Position numbers and translations under genes: made by a program. The notes beneath the pieces were generated by a model. The model was not told the origin of the DNA and made no database searches. It saw only the letters and a list, made by a program, of their open reading frames with translations. DNA of 64,000 nucleotides from Candidatus Poribacteria bacterium (GTDB lineage: Bacteria > Poribacteria > WGA-4E > WGA-3G), in assembly GCA_965197475.1 (NCBI GenBank), contig CBDANF010000003.1, positions 2,432,001-2,496,000 of the forward strand. Reading direction: 5' to 3'. Every line of letters begins with the position of its first letter. Position 1 is the first letter of the stretch. Below are positions 50,359 to 60,740 of the stretch, piece after piece.

Positions 50359-50927
50359 CTTTCCTCTTAGCGGGAGTTGTAATTGTTTCAAACATAAAAG
50401 CAATCCCGCAGAATGAGACGCAAAAATCCGACGAATCTAAAAATGAAAATCCACGGAAACTCACTCAAAATGCAGGATTAGCATCATTTGTCCCACTTAC
50501 ACAAAGCGGTTATAAATTAGCAATCCGTTTTGCAGCTCGTGAAGATTTAAGAAAGAAACTTGCACCACTTTTCTTAAACGAATTGCGAAACATAAAAGAC
50601 GTTATACTTGTCGAAAATGATAGAGAAGCTGAGCTGATAATTCCTATTACGGCAGTATGGATCCAAAACGAGGATGAAGATAAAACGAAATTAATTATTA
50701 CACTCTGCGCTAATTTTCTCAAACCACTTGATATTGATAGGATTAAACCGAATATCATTCCGGAAAGGTGGGAGGAAACTAACAAACTTCTACAAGACAC
50801 CTTTGTGATGGTAACTACAGCAGTTTACACGTCTTCGATTAAGAAACTTCCGGAGTTAGTGAAAGAAATTGTGAGCGTAATGGATAGGGAAATTTTGGAA
50901 GTTGATAGAAAAAGGCGGCGCAAATAA
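50359..50927 (+). pseudogene. Secreted hypothetical protein with its 5' end removed by IS630
   Basis: The frame of 50583..50927 is open back to the IS junction (FLLAGVVIVSNIKA, a signal-peptide remnant). Confidence 0.55.
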
Positions 50928-50959
50928 ATGGGCATTACTGGGACTCGTCCAAATTGGGC

Positions 50960-53900
50960 TTAAAGTTCCGCGCTTACTGTCATCTCCAACCGATGTTCAG
51001 GTTTGCGCTGTTTCGTTGAGAGTAAACGGTAATTAAGCCGAAACAGCAAGTCAGTAAATTTGCGTAACCTATAATCTGCTGTGGCGCGAACTTCATGGCT
51101 GATGCCTTCGTAAAAGTAGTATTGTGCAAAAGGGACACCGCCATCGCTTTTGCCGTAGCCGAGTTTATGGTTAATATCAATGCGCCCCTTGCCGAAAATA
51201 CTATATGTGATACGATTTTCAAATGAGAAGGTGCGCGTCTTTGCTTCAGACTCTTCAGCAAATTGTTCTATATCAGTTGTGCGGTTGTATCCGCCGATAC
51301 CGCTCCATCGTATAGCGCGACTCAGTTCATACTGAAGTTTCAATTCTGTCGTCTGCTCAAATTGGCGTAGGTCGGAGATAGGGGTCGGAGAAAATAAATC
51401 GGAGTTGGAAACCCCTCCCACTTCTATTCCATTGGAATCGCCTTCCACTTCTTCAGGGAAGTTGAGTTGACTATATTTTTCTTTTTCTTGACGTTGTTCC
51501 CAGCTTGCCCCCACTGCGAACCGTTGCGTTGGATTTACGGAAAAAGCGATATCCCACGTTCGGTAATTCCGATGCCGTTCTTGTGTGTTAATCCGTCGGT
51601 TGAGTGTGCGTCTAGTCCGAAGATTGACTTCAAAACTAAACTGAGGTGAAGGGGAAAATTCAACGCGATGATGTTGGTTGACTCGGCCGAAAAGGGTTTG
51701 TGAACCTTGTAGGCTTTGGAGCAGATAGAGAGAAATAGCGTCTTCCGCTTCCTGTTCCTCTGTCAACCATAGGCGCGTCTGGACTCTGAGTGCATTTAAG
51801 AACCACGTGAATGGAGACCTTTGACTTTCGGCTTTTGGCTTTCGGTTGTCGGCAGGAGTACCTGGGGCGGGATGAGTTTGCCTCTCAAATCCTCTTGTGG
51901 ACGCATCGCGTTGATTTCGGGTGCGTCGAGCGAAGAACTGACGTGGTTGGATCCGAAGTCGGAATGCAGCGTCAACTGCTGTTGTCGGCTTATCTCCTAC
52001 ATTCTGGTAGATTTTGATGTACGTCCCTTCCTCTGGGTCTTCCACATAGCGCAAGTCATCTAATCTGACATAATACCCTTCACCCGGTTGGATTCTATGT
52101 CCCGTAAGCGGATGAATATCGGTATAGATTTCACGACGTTGGGTTGTCAGTTTTTTATCCAATTCATAGGTAACTTCAGCATCAATCGCACGACTGAACG
52201 GCGTTAATTGGATTGTCATATTCGCCAACTGTGTTGTTGTATCTATGCCGATTTCCGAATGCGCTTTCACCATACGGCGTGCAAGGTTCGTCTTCATATT
52301 CACCCACTGCCCTTGCCATGAAAAGAGACCCACTTTCCATGTCCGCGCTGTGGTAGACCGCATCCAATCAGAGATCCCTAAACTTTTGCCATCAAGCGTC
52401 AATAACGGTTCTTTAGCGAAAGCCTGTTCCAGCTCGTAACTTGTATGAACGGATACCCATTTGAAATCAACCAAATTGACGCGTCCAGAAGTCCGGTTAC
52501 GTCTGCGATTGCGCGCAGCGGTGTAATCATCAATTGCAGCGAACCGATCAAAAGTACCGACAAATTCAAATGGAGAGAGAAGATAGGATAGACTCCCCTC
52601 TTGCCTTGATTTTCGGAAATTTTCTTGGACATTCTCGGTCTCCTCGTTCGGTTCTATAAGGGATGTGCTGCGATAGTCATTCCAGCGAAGATTCGGCAAC
52701 TTTTCTAAAAAAGGTGTTTTGTCTGTCGGTTTGCGTGAAAGATCGTTTTCAGTAGGATTCGGTCTCCGTATGTCGCCAATTTGATATTGCGAGGATGGTC
52801 GGAATAAATTTTCCGTTTGCGGGGATGTAGCAGGAAAAACGGAACTTCTACTTGGACTCGGCGTGAAATTCGCACCCCAATTGAAATTATTACGGCGTGT
52901 TGTTGGTCCCTCAACCGCAGCCTCAATCGTTCTACCCGCACCCACATCAAATTGTAGCCATCTATAAGGAAGCAATTTGATGTCGAGATTTAACGTTTGC
53001 TCATCGGATGCTCGCGAGATGGAACTCGGATCAAGCAGAAACGCGTCCTCAAACCTTTCCGTCGCGTATTGTGTCCCATAGCGGTCGCGGGTGCGATTGC
53101 TACGTGATGCCCCAACAGGCAAAAAATCCGCGTCCATTGTTCGGACATCAAGATTTCCTATCAGTTTCGGACGCAGCCTGTTAGACCATGTTGGAATGTC
53201 CCATCCTGTGTTACCGATTAGTTTCCAAGCCTGGCTTACCTCCTTTCTGTCCACGGTTGAATAAGTATTCTTATCTAACGCACTAAAAGCGAGTTCTCCA
53301 TTAAGCCATGTTTGTTCGGCAAAATTTAGACGACTCTCTAATCCCCACACCGTATGTTTCTGCGGTGGCGTGAGGAGAAATCCATCTCCATCTGGGTCCA
53401 GGGTATTTTGGCGGAGTGCATCCAGATCGTCGTCATCAAAAAGGACCAAAGCCTGTTCCGGGTCGCCCAAATCTGCTTCCACAGCGTAAGAAGCACCGAG
53501 CGACAACCATTCCCCCGGCAAAATGAAAACGTTGTTGATCCCGTAAAGATTCTGTTGATACGCGCGGTCTTCCGGAATATATTCAAAGTCAACGCGGATA
53601 ACGTCGTTGCTTGTTATCAGATGCTTGCTGTTGAACTCAATAATTGGATCGCCGTATTCACGGATGATGTAATCGTTGTTTTCACCGCGCCGCATCTTCT
53701 CACCGTTCAGCCAAACAATCTCACTCCCTGCTTTGACGATAACGAACTGGTTATTCACATCAAGCCGATATTCACTGCGCCCCTCTTGCCCACGAATTAC
53801 CTTGCTGGTAGATTGCCCCTTTGGCAGTGCGCTCGGAATGAGATGGAATTTACTTCTCTTAAAATCACCTTCAACCTTGACACCCTCGAGAGCACGCGGA

Positions 53901-54754
53901 AAAAAGATAAATTCGGACGGACCTAAGGATGCATCAAAATCGCCTAAAGTGCCTATTACGTTCGGATGCATGATGCGAATGAGTTTCTGATTGATGTCCT
54001 GAATATCCTCGGTCATCCCTTCCGGCTGAATAGGCAAATCTTGGTCAGAGAGCATTGCCAACACCTCAATGTTATCTGAGACGTTCCCTCTGACATTGAT
54101 ACGGAACTCCTGATTTTGTGACAATGCGCGACCGCTGCCGACAGAAATGCCGAACGTCCGACTGCCAGAATACTCTAACTGCGATGGTGATGTTGAAGAA
54201 GGTGCACGGGGGACTGCAGGAACAGTTATCGGTCGGCTTTCCAAATCGGGTGATACATCTGATTCTGACTCATCGTCAAGTGATGTTCCGAAAAGGTCAC
54301 GCTTATATATCTTCTGGAGAGCGAATGGGATTGAACGGTAGGTAATCGTCCATATTACATTTTTCTGTGGGACAACTGATTTATCAAAGGTAATTTTGCC
54401 TGATACGTAATCAATCTGGTAATCTTTTCTGTTAACGAGTATCTGTCCGTTATTACCTGTTATCTTTTCACTGTTCAGAAAAATAGGCGGGTATTTAATT
54501 GTCCATTCCGTTTTTCCTGCTTCCAATTGGAAATTTTCTGACTTCTCAATAACAGAAAAAGTGGGTAGTTTAAGGGGAGGATTCTGCTTTTGCAGTTCAG
54601 TTTGTGCTTCAACAGGCTTAAAATACAAAATGAGAAGAGAACAGAAAAAAAATGGAAGTATGGAAAGTAGGATTTTTGTGTGCCTTGCCATCCTTCTACC
54701 TTTCCATTTTTGAGCCCTTCCATTCTCGTTTTTCTTATTCTGCTTTTTTCGCAT
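50960..54754 (-). CDS. Large outer-membrane protein, related to SprA-like/Bacteroidetes-type barrels
   Basis: Signal peptide; DYQIDY.SG.I.F; SGS.T.GISVG...LSDQ.LPIQPEG; GSE.VWLNG..RG..DY; beta-strand C-terminus. Confidence 0.65.
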   Translation of the reverse strand: MRKKQNKKNENGRAQKWKGRRMARHTKILLSILPFFFCSLLILYFKPVEAQTELQKQNPPLKLPTFSVIEKSENFQLEAGKTEWTIKYPPIFLNSEKITGNNGQILVNRKDYQIDYVSGKITFDKSVVPQKNVIWTITYRSIPFALQKIYKRDLFGTSLDDESESDVSPDLESRPITVPAVPRAPSSTSPSQLEYSGSRTFGISVGSGRALSQNQEFRINVRGNVSDNIEVLAMLSDQDLPIQPEGMTEDIQDINQKLIRIMHPNVIGTLGDFDASLGPSEFIFFPRALEGVKVEGDFKRSKFHLIPSALPKGQSTSKVIRGQEGRSEYRLDVNNQFVIVKAGSEIVWLNGEKMRRGENNDYIIREYGDPIIEFNSKHLITSNDVIRVDFEYIPEDRAYQQNLYGINNVFILPGEWLSLGASYAVEADLGDPEQALVLFDDDDLDALRQNTLDPDGDGFLLTPPQKHTVWGLESRLNFAEQTWLNGELAFSALDKNTYSTVDRKEVSQAWKLIGNTGWDIPTWSNRLRPKLIGNLDVRTMDADFLPVGASRSNRTRDRYGTQYATERFEDAFLLDPSSISRASDEQTLNLDIKLLPYRWLQFDVGAGRTIEAAVEGPTTRRNNFNWGANFTPSPSRSSVFPATSPQTENLFRPSSQYQIGDIRRPNPTENDLSRKPTDKTPFLEKLPNLRWNDYRSTSLIEPNEETENVQENFRKSRQEGSLSYLLSPFEFVGTFDRFAAIDDYTAARNRRRNRTSGRVNLVDFKWVSVHTSYELEQAFAKEPLLTLDGKSLGISDWMRSTTARTWKVGLFSWQGQWVNMKTNLARRMVKAHSEIGIDTTTQLANMTIQLTPFSRAIDAEVTYELDKKLTTQRREIYTDIHPLTGHRIQPGEGYYVRLDDLRYVEDPEEGTYIKIYQNVGDKPTTAVDAAFRLRIQPRQFFARRTRNQRDASTRGFERQTHPAPGTPADNRKPKAESQRSPFTWFLNALRVQTRLWLTEEQEAEDAISLYLLQSLQGSQTLFGRVNQHHRVEFSPSPQFSFEVNLRTRRTLNRRINTQERHRNYRTWDIAFSVNPTQRFAVGASWEQRQEKEKYSQLNFPEEVEGDSNGIEVGGVSNSDLFSPTPISDLRQFEQTTELKLQYELSRAIRWSGIGGYNRTTDIEQFAEESEAKTRTFSFENRITYSIFGKGRIDINHKLGYGKSDGGVPFAQYYFYEGISHEVRATADYRLRKFTDLLFRLNYRLLSTKQRKPEHRLEMTVSAEL

Positions 54755-55898
54755 TTGATGTCGAATTTGCTTTGAATATCACATGAAAAACTTTAATATC
54801 TCCCGCATCCGTGTCGCTCACAAAGACCCGTCCCTTCTCTGAAACAGCAATTCCGCAAGGATTCAACAACGACTTCATACTGAATTCTAAAATCGCTTTA
54901 CCTTCTGGTGTAAAAACCTGAATCCGTTGATTTCCACTGTCGGTGACGTAAAGATAGTTCCAAGCATCAAGTGCGAGTCTTTTCGGTTCACGAAACTGCC
55001 CGATCGCACTGCCTTCCTCACCCCACGTTTGGATAGGATTCCCACTGAAATCGTAACTCTTAATGCTATTATTACCCGTGTCTACAGCGTACACAGTTCC
55101 GTGCGGGTTAACAACAAGGTCGGTTGGATTCCAAAACTGTTCTCGACTGCTACCGAAACTCCCGATTGCGATAATAGGCGCGAGGTTTCTATTGAATTGG
55201 ACCCAGCGATGATTGAGTGTATCAACTACATACACATCTCCCTTCCGACCGATACCGATACCCTCAGGTGCCTCAAACTGAAAATCTTCTGGAGTGGTCG
55301 TAAGCGGGTAAAAAATTCTGTTCACCAGATTGCAATACTGGATTCGGTTATTGCCTGTGTCTGCAACATAGAGAGTGTCTAAACTGAGTGCCACGTCATT
55401 TGGGAAATCAAACTCACCTTCACGCCATCCGTAGCTCCCGAATTCAGCAATGAAATGCCCATTCCTGTCAATAACTTGTACCCGGTTGTTGCCCGCATCC
55501 GCCACGTATAGCTGTCCATAGGCATCAACAACCAACCCCATAGGCATCAGAAATTCGCCAGCACCTTGCCCCGCTCTACCGATTGTTTTTACATAGTTTA
55601 CACCTAATATAGGAGGGGCTTCGCGTGCTCGGATTGAAGGGACGATGTCTACATTGGGAGGTGTCGGAGGGCGCAGCGTTCCTGGACCATCCGGTTCAGG
55701 CACAGCACAACTTATATAGCAAAGGAGAGAAAACCAGATGAGAATATACCCACAGCAAGCTAACTTTATTGAAGCATTTTTGATAAAAAAACATAAGGAA
55801 TTTAGGAATCTATCCTCTGAATCCCTTATTGGCAGACTGAATTTGACATTACTGTCGCTGCACTTTAAATTTGAAAACAAACGTTGTTTGCTGATCAT
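54735..55898 (-). CDS. NHL-repeat (6-bladed propeller) protein; start uncertain
   Basis: Six G.F..P.G....YVADTGNNRIQ repeats. Confidence 0.9.
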   Translation of the reverse strand: MISKQRLFSNLKCSDSNVKFSLPIRDSEDRFLNSLCFFIKNASIKLACCGYILIWFSLLCYISCAVPEPDGPGTLRPPTPPNVDIVPSIRAREAPPILGVNYVKTIGRAGQGAGEFLMPMGLVVDAYGQLYVADAGNNRVQVIDRNGHFIAEFGSYGWREGEFDFPNDVALSLDTLYVADTGNNRIQYCNLVNRIFYPLTTTPEDFQFEAPEGIGIGRKGDVYVVDTLNHRWVQFNRNLAPIIAIGSFGSSREQFWNPTDLVVNPHGTVYAVDTGNNSIKSYDFSGNPIQTWGEEGSAIGQFREPKRLALDAWNYLYVTDSGNQRIQVFTPEGKAILEFSMKSLLNPCGIAVSEKGRVFVSDTDAGDIKVFHVIFKANSTSNAKKAE

Positions 55899-56526
55899 TG
55901 AATTCGCTCGTCACACCGGGAACAATAATACGTAGATTCGTAGACCTTGCACTGCGTTTTGGAAAATAGAGATAGAATCGCGTAAGGTTTTTAGGCATAA
56001 TGTTCGTCTTTTTTAAATCTTCAGTCGGTAGAACAGCAGCATCTCCTTGAATTCGAATAGTCTTGTCGTATCGGAAAACATCTGCTACGAACTCAGGAGG
56101 TAACTTCGGCTTAAAATTCCTTGATAAATGGAGTGCTTGCTGCGCCTTATCTAACTGTTTTATAATGTTCCCTGAGTGGTCAAGCATCTTACAATCTTCT
56201 CTTTTAAAACTGATCCAGTGATCTGTTCGGTTGTAAATAAGGATTCCAAACGCATTTACATTTTTCACATCGTGGAGCGGAACCGCCATTGCAACAATGC
56301 CATTTTCCACATAAATAACGGTACCGGTTTGCGGTGTGATTGTTGCATCCGGATCAAAAACCGGAACTATTATCTCTGGATGGAATAAGTCATTGGCAAC
56401 ATCCCCTATCTTTGCACATCCGACCAAAGATACAGACAGAGCGAACATCACCAAAATCTGACAAGTACGCGTCCAAATCAAAGATACATTTTGTGTGGTA
56501 TTTGTCGAATTACGGAAAAACTTCAT
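55849..56526 (-). CDS. Lipoprotein, hypothetical
   Basis: AGGAGGAGG SD before MKFFRN; lipobox LVGC. Confidence 0.7.
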   Translation of the reverse strand: MKFFRNSTNTTQNVSLIWTRTCQILVMFALSVSLVGCAKIGDVANDLFHPEIIVPVFDPDATITPQTGTVIYVENGIVAMAVPLHDVKNVNAFGILIYNRTDHWISFKREDCKMLDHSGNIIKQLDKAQQALHLSRNFKPKLPPEFVADVFRYDKTIRIQGDAAVLPTEDLKKTNIMPKNLTRFYLYFPKRSARSTNLRIIVPGVTSEFNDQQTTFVFKFKVQRQ

Positions 56527-56554
56527 TAAAACGTGCCTCCTCCTTTGTCGGTTA

Positions 56555-57553
56555 TTAGTTATTGTATGCCAACATTGCTGCACCGACGAGTCCAGCTTCG
56601 TTCCCCAAATTCGCTGGCACAATTTCCATTTCTCTGGGGATGTCCATTGCTCGTTTGGTGAATTCCTCACGAATATGTTGGAAGAGTAGATTTTCCCCTG
56701 CCGCTGCGATTCCACCGCCGATGATAGCAATTTGAGGGTTAAGAATATGCGCTATAGATGTCAATGCTATACTAATATATCTTCCTGTCTCTGAAAAAAT
56801 ATCACGTGCCAGTTCATCTCCTGCGGTGGCTGCTTCTGCGATCTGTTTCGGTGTCAATCCTTCAGGATTCAAACAAGTTTTCTTGCCACTTGCTATCTGC
56901 TGTAGCGTCCGTTCTACAATATGCCTTGCACCTGCGTAAGCCTCAAGACAACCGTGATTACCACATCCGCACTTACGACCATTCGGTTGCACAACCGTGT
57001 GTCCCAATTCGCCTGCTGTATTCCAGCTACCGTGGTAGACTTTTCTGTCTATGACAACACCGCCACCGACACCTGTGCCGAGTGTGAGCCCCACAACGTT
57101 CTGATACCCAACGCCAGCACCGTGATGTAGTTCACCTAATACCATCACATTAACATCGTTATCAATATAGAGCGGGATGTCTAAATTGCCAAGTTCGGCA
57201 GTGACATAATCGAGTAGCGGAATATCGCTCCATCCTGGAAAGTTTGGTGAAAAGTGGATAATACCACTCCCGGCGATGATGAGTCCGGGTGCTCCCAAGC
57301 CGATACCGGTAATCCTCTTTTCGCTTTCTTCATGCTGATGTGTTTCTATGTTTGCAGCCTTAATAACCTGCTTGATCATCTGAGCGATGCGTGCTGCTAT
57401 CGCCTTTGCGCCTTCATTCACGCGAGTGGCAACGACCTTGCGGCACGAAAGTGTTCCATCTGAAGCCAACAATCCTGCTTTAATATCTGTTCCACCCAGA
57501 TCAATTCCTATACTGTATTTCATTTTAAGTGGCTGTCGGTATTCCGAAATCAT
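56555..57553 (-). CDS. ROK-family glucokinase
   Basis: GIDLGGT, DNDVN, GTGVGGG, GELGH and CGCG..GCLE motifs. Confidence 0.92.
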   Translation of the reverse strand: MISEYRQPLKMKYSIGIDLGGTDIKAGLLASDGTLSCRKVVATRVNEGAKAIAARIAQMIKQVIKAANIETHQHEESEKRITGIGLGAPGLIIAGSGIIHFSPNFPGWSDIPLLDYVTAELGNLDIPLYIDNDVNVMVLGELHHGAGVGYQNVVGLTLGTGVGGGVVIDRKVYHGSWNTAGELGHTVVQPNGRKCGCGNHGCLEAYAGARHIVERTLQQIASGKKTCLNPEGLTPKQIAEAATAGDELARDIFSETGRYISIALTSIAHILNPQIAIIGGGIAAAGENLLFQHIREEFTKRAMDIPREMEIVPANLGNEAGLVGAAMLAYNN

Positions 57554-57590
57554 TTATCCCAGCTGCAGATTGCTGACTGCCAATAGCCTC

Positions 57591-58841
57591 CTAACTCTGA
57601 GAATTCCATTTGATACGTGCGCCGTCACCAACGTTACATACATAGATGTCGGGTTCAATGCCGGTACGTCGTGTATATTCTTTCATCACCTTGTCCCGAA
57701 ACGCCTCTACAGCATCTTGATAGACTAAATTTACCGTACATCCGCCGAACCCAGCCCCTGTCATCCGTGCACCGATGACACCGTCAATACTCTGCGCGAT
57801 CTCTGTTAACACGTTTAACTCATCGCAACTGACTTCATAAGCGTCACGTAAGCCAGCGTGTGAAGCATTCATGAGTGTGCCAAAAGTACTAATGTCTTTT
57901 GCTTTGAGTGCAGACACAGCACTTTGCACCCGCGTGTTTTCCTCAATGACATATCCACACCTTTTTTGTGTAATCTGGGGTAATTCTGCTTCATATTTTT
58001 TGAAATCTTCTAACGTCACATCACGAAGTGAAGTGACAGAAGGCAACCATTGCTGAAGAATCTCAACACCTTTTTCACATTCAGCACGCCGTTTGTTATA
58101 CTCAGAGGAAGCAAGCTCACGTTTGACGTTGGTGTTACAAATTACGATCAGAATATCCGTTAAGTTGAGCAGCACCTGCTTGTATTCAAGAGAACGACAA
58201 TCTAAAAACAGAGCGTGATTAGCCTTACCTAATAGCGAGATTGTTGGGTCCATGATACCACAGTTGACACCAACAAATTCATTTTCTGCCCGTTGACACA
58301 ACGCGGCTAATTCCGTAGGCGGGAGTTCAATCAATTCAATCTTACTATCAGAATTAATGCTTGTGTGTGCTAACTCTAAGCCGCACACACCCAAAAAAGC
58401 GAGTGATGAGGCGACTTCAAGCGCAGCAGAAGAACTAAGTCCTGCACCGATCGGGACATTTCCAGTAATTACTGCAGACATGCCCTGTAGTGTGTGTCCA
58501 ATCTTCTGTAAAATCTGTTCTTGTAACAAGTGTGCGACACCTTTCAGATAATTACTCCAAGCAGGCATTTCAGAATCATCAGGTGTATCCAAACTGAAGA
58601 TGCATTCATCATTCATATCTAAGGCGTGAAGGTGCACTTGGCGGTCAGAACGTTTGCTGGCAGCGATGTGGATGTATTTATCAATAGCCACAGGAAACAC
58701 ATAACCGTCATTGTAATCTGTATGCTCACCGATGAGGTTAACCCTTCCTGGTGCAGATACGATGAACTCTGGCGGATGACCGAAACGTTCTTTAAATTCT
58801 TGTTCCAATCTATTGTTTAAAATAGATTCTTCCTGTCTCAT
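57591..58841 (-). CDS. galK: Galactokinase
   Basis: APGRVNLIGEHTDYN, GAGLSSSAA and GARMTGAGFGGC motifs. Confidence 0.95.
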   Translation of the reverse strand: MRQEESILNNRLEQEFKERFGHPPEFIVSAPGRVNLIGEHTDYNDGYVFPVAIDKYIHIAASKRSDRQVHLHALDMNDECIFSLDTPDDSEMPAWSNYLKGVAHLLQEQILQKIGHTLQGMSAVITGNVPIGAGLSSSAALEVASSLAFLGVCGLELAHTSINSDSKIELIELPPTELAALCQRAENEFVGVNCGIMDPTISLLGKANHALFLDCRSLEYKQVLLNLTDILIVICNTNVKRELASSEYNKRRAECEKGVEILQQWLPSVTSLRDVTLEDFKKYEAELPQITQKRCGYVIEENTRVQSAVSALKAKDISTFGTLMNASHAGLRDAYEVSCDELNVLTEIAQSIDGVIGARMTGAGFGGCTVNLVYQDAVEAFRDKVMKEYTRRTGIEPDIYVCNVGDGARIKWNSQS

Positions 58842-58903
58842 TCGATTCCCTCAATTGATAAACCTTAGTTGTCTGTTGGACTCTATGATGTTCCCGAATA
58901 TGC

Positions 58904-59674
58904 TCAATCAATTGTTGAGGCAGGAGCGAAAAACTTCAACAATCGTGCTAACACTTCGTGCAACTCTGGACGTGGAATATAGCAGTCCACACTGATATCC
59001 GGGATGTTTAGATTTGAATCACGATTCTTTTCAGGCAGGAGTTGTTCTTCAGGTGCATGTAATGCTGGTTGCGGATGGAATCGAGGTGTATTTTCCGATA
59101 GTGATGTACACTCTGCTATAACTATTTCACCCACGGGCAAACGTGATGTAAGCTGTCCGTTCTCTGTTTCGGTCAAAACTGTCAGGTGTGGAAGTGATTC
59201 CTGTGCTAATTGCTCCAATTGTAGAAGAATCGGTACAATATCAGTAAAGGATATTTCTGCTTCAATCGGACTCGCGGTAAAAACAGAAAGCAGTGGAATT
59301 GATTTCTTCAACGCACACGCAATTGCCTCAGAAAACACAGTCAACTGCCGCTGTTCCATCGTAGCATCAGGATGCAAAACAAACAGACTAACGGGGTGCC
59401 CTGCGATGTTTTCCTCTGTAGCGAGGACATCGTTTGTAATCACACTTTGGCTGCTACTCTCATTTGAAAGGGCATCTGCAGCATCAAGAGAGTCAATACC
59501 CATAAGGAGGTTTAGCCGATTTTCAATTGACAAAGGAAAAAGTTCCTTGCACTTTGGACAGATAAAACCATTCCGTTCTAACTCTCCCCGAAAAGACACC
59601 TCACTACAGTGTGTGCATTTATGCCACAAACTGACGCTTTCCTCATCAATTTCAGTGCTTCGTGTGGTTTCCAT
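58904..59674 (-). CDS. Degenerate AccD-like protein (zinc ribbon retained)
   Basis: LW.KC..C....F..EL......CP.C...F.LS...R; ends VD..I.R.EL...L..LL; lacks GGSMG and SGGARMQE. Confidence 0.65.
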   Translation of the reverse strand: METTRSTEIDEESVSLWHKCTHCSEVSFRGELERNGFICPKCKELFPLSIENRLNLLMGIDSLDAADALSNESSSQSVITNDVLATEENIAGHPVSLFVLHPDATMEQRQLTVFSEAIACALKKSIPLLSVFTASPIEAEISFTDIVPILLQLEQLAQESLPHLTVLTETENGQLTSRLPVGEIVIAECTSLSENTPRFHPQPALHAPEEQLLPEKNRDSNLNIPDISVDCYIPRPELHEVLARLLKFFAPASTID

Positions 59675-59746
59675 ATTCTGACCTATTAGGTTCGTTGACC
59701 TGCAATTTATGCGCGTAAAACATAAATTTAGTAAGAAGGAGGAACG

Positions 59747-60091
59747 TTACAGAAAACTTGCTATTGCCTCTGCTTCTGTATCGTAGCGGTCAAATATTGT
59801 CACAAGTTTAGCCATAATGATGAGACTTCTGATGTTCCCGCCGATATTGAGGAGCACGGCTCTGCCATTATTGCGTCGGATAGAGGCATAGGCAGCAACA
59901 ATTACACCCAACCCGGAACTATCCATCATCTGGACCCGTTCCATATTTAAGATCATGAACACCGGTTCATCGCCCGTCGCCCGAATTTGGTCATCAATGA
60001 TGTTTTTCAGGGCAATTGTATTAGGACCAACGAGGTTACCCTCAATATCTAAAATTGTAACGCTCCCTTTATGCCGTAGGTTGACTTGCAT
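59747..60091 (-). CDS. STAS anti-anti-sigma factor (RsbV/SpoIIAA-like)
   Basis: MMDSSGLG phospho-serine motif. Confidence 0.92.
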   Translation of the reverse strand: MQVNLRHKGSVTILDIEGNLVGPNTIALKNIIDDQIRATGDEPVFMILNMERVQMMDSSGLGVIVAAYASIRRNNGRAVLLNIGGNIRSLIIMAKLVTIFDRYDTEAEAIASFL

Positions 60092-60206
60092 AAAAATTCC
60101 TTCCTCTTAAATAAATGATTGCCTTCCTGAAAGCACAACACAGTCGAGGTGCTGCCTCTGGACCCGTTTCTATGAATGTAGCACTAATCTTGGCTATCTG
60201 AAGGCA

Positions 60207-60635
60207 CTACGAATTTGGATTTTGCTTATATTTAACCATTTTGACAATGGTGCCCCTAGCCTCGTACACGACTTCATCCATGCAGGTTTCCATTAGGAAA
60301 AGCCCTCGACCACTACTTTTCAGCAGATTCTCCGGTTCAAGCGGATTTGCAACATCTTCGCGCTGAAACCCAGGTCCTTCATCAGTTACAACAATCGTAA
60401 GTTTTTCATCGTCAATAAGAAACTCAAATGTCGCTGTCTTATTAGAGTCTTCTTTATTGCCGTGCTTGATTGCGTTTGTCCCTGCTTCAATGACAGCGAG
60501 GTTTACATGTTCTTGTGCTTCTTCATCAAATTTCATCTCTCTCATAATGTCGCTGATAACAGTGTCAAGTAGATAAATCAACTGCATTGTACTTGGGAGA
60601 GAAAGGAAAATTCTCCATTGAGTTTTCTCGCCCAC
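60207..60635 (-). CDS. RsbW-like anti-sigma factor Ser/Thr kinase
   Basis: EAGTNAIKHGN, DEGPGF and GRGLFLM motifs. Confidence 0.92.
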   Translation of the reverse strand: MGEKTQWRIFLSLPSTMQLIYLLDTVISDIMREMKFDEEAQEHVNLAVIEAGTNAIKHGNKEDSNKTATFEFLIDDEKLTIVVTDEGPGFQREDVANPLEPENLLKSSGRGLFLMETCMDEVVYEARGTIVKMVKYKQNPNS

Positions 60636-60740
60636 GTGTTCGGCTCCTTCCTTACGAATGCAAAATGTCCGCGCGAATCATTCAAATGGTTGCACTAATC
60701 AACGCCGAATGTACTTATGGCATTCGGCGCAATTCTATTA

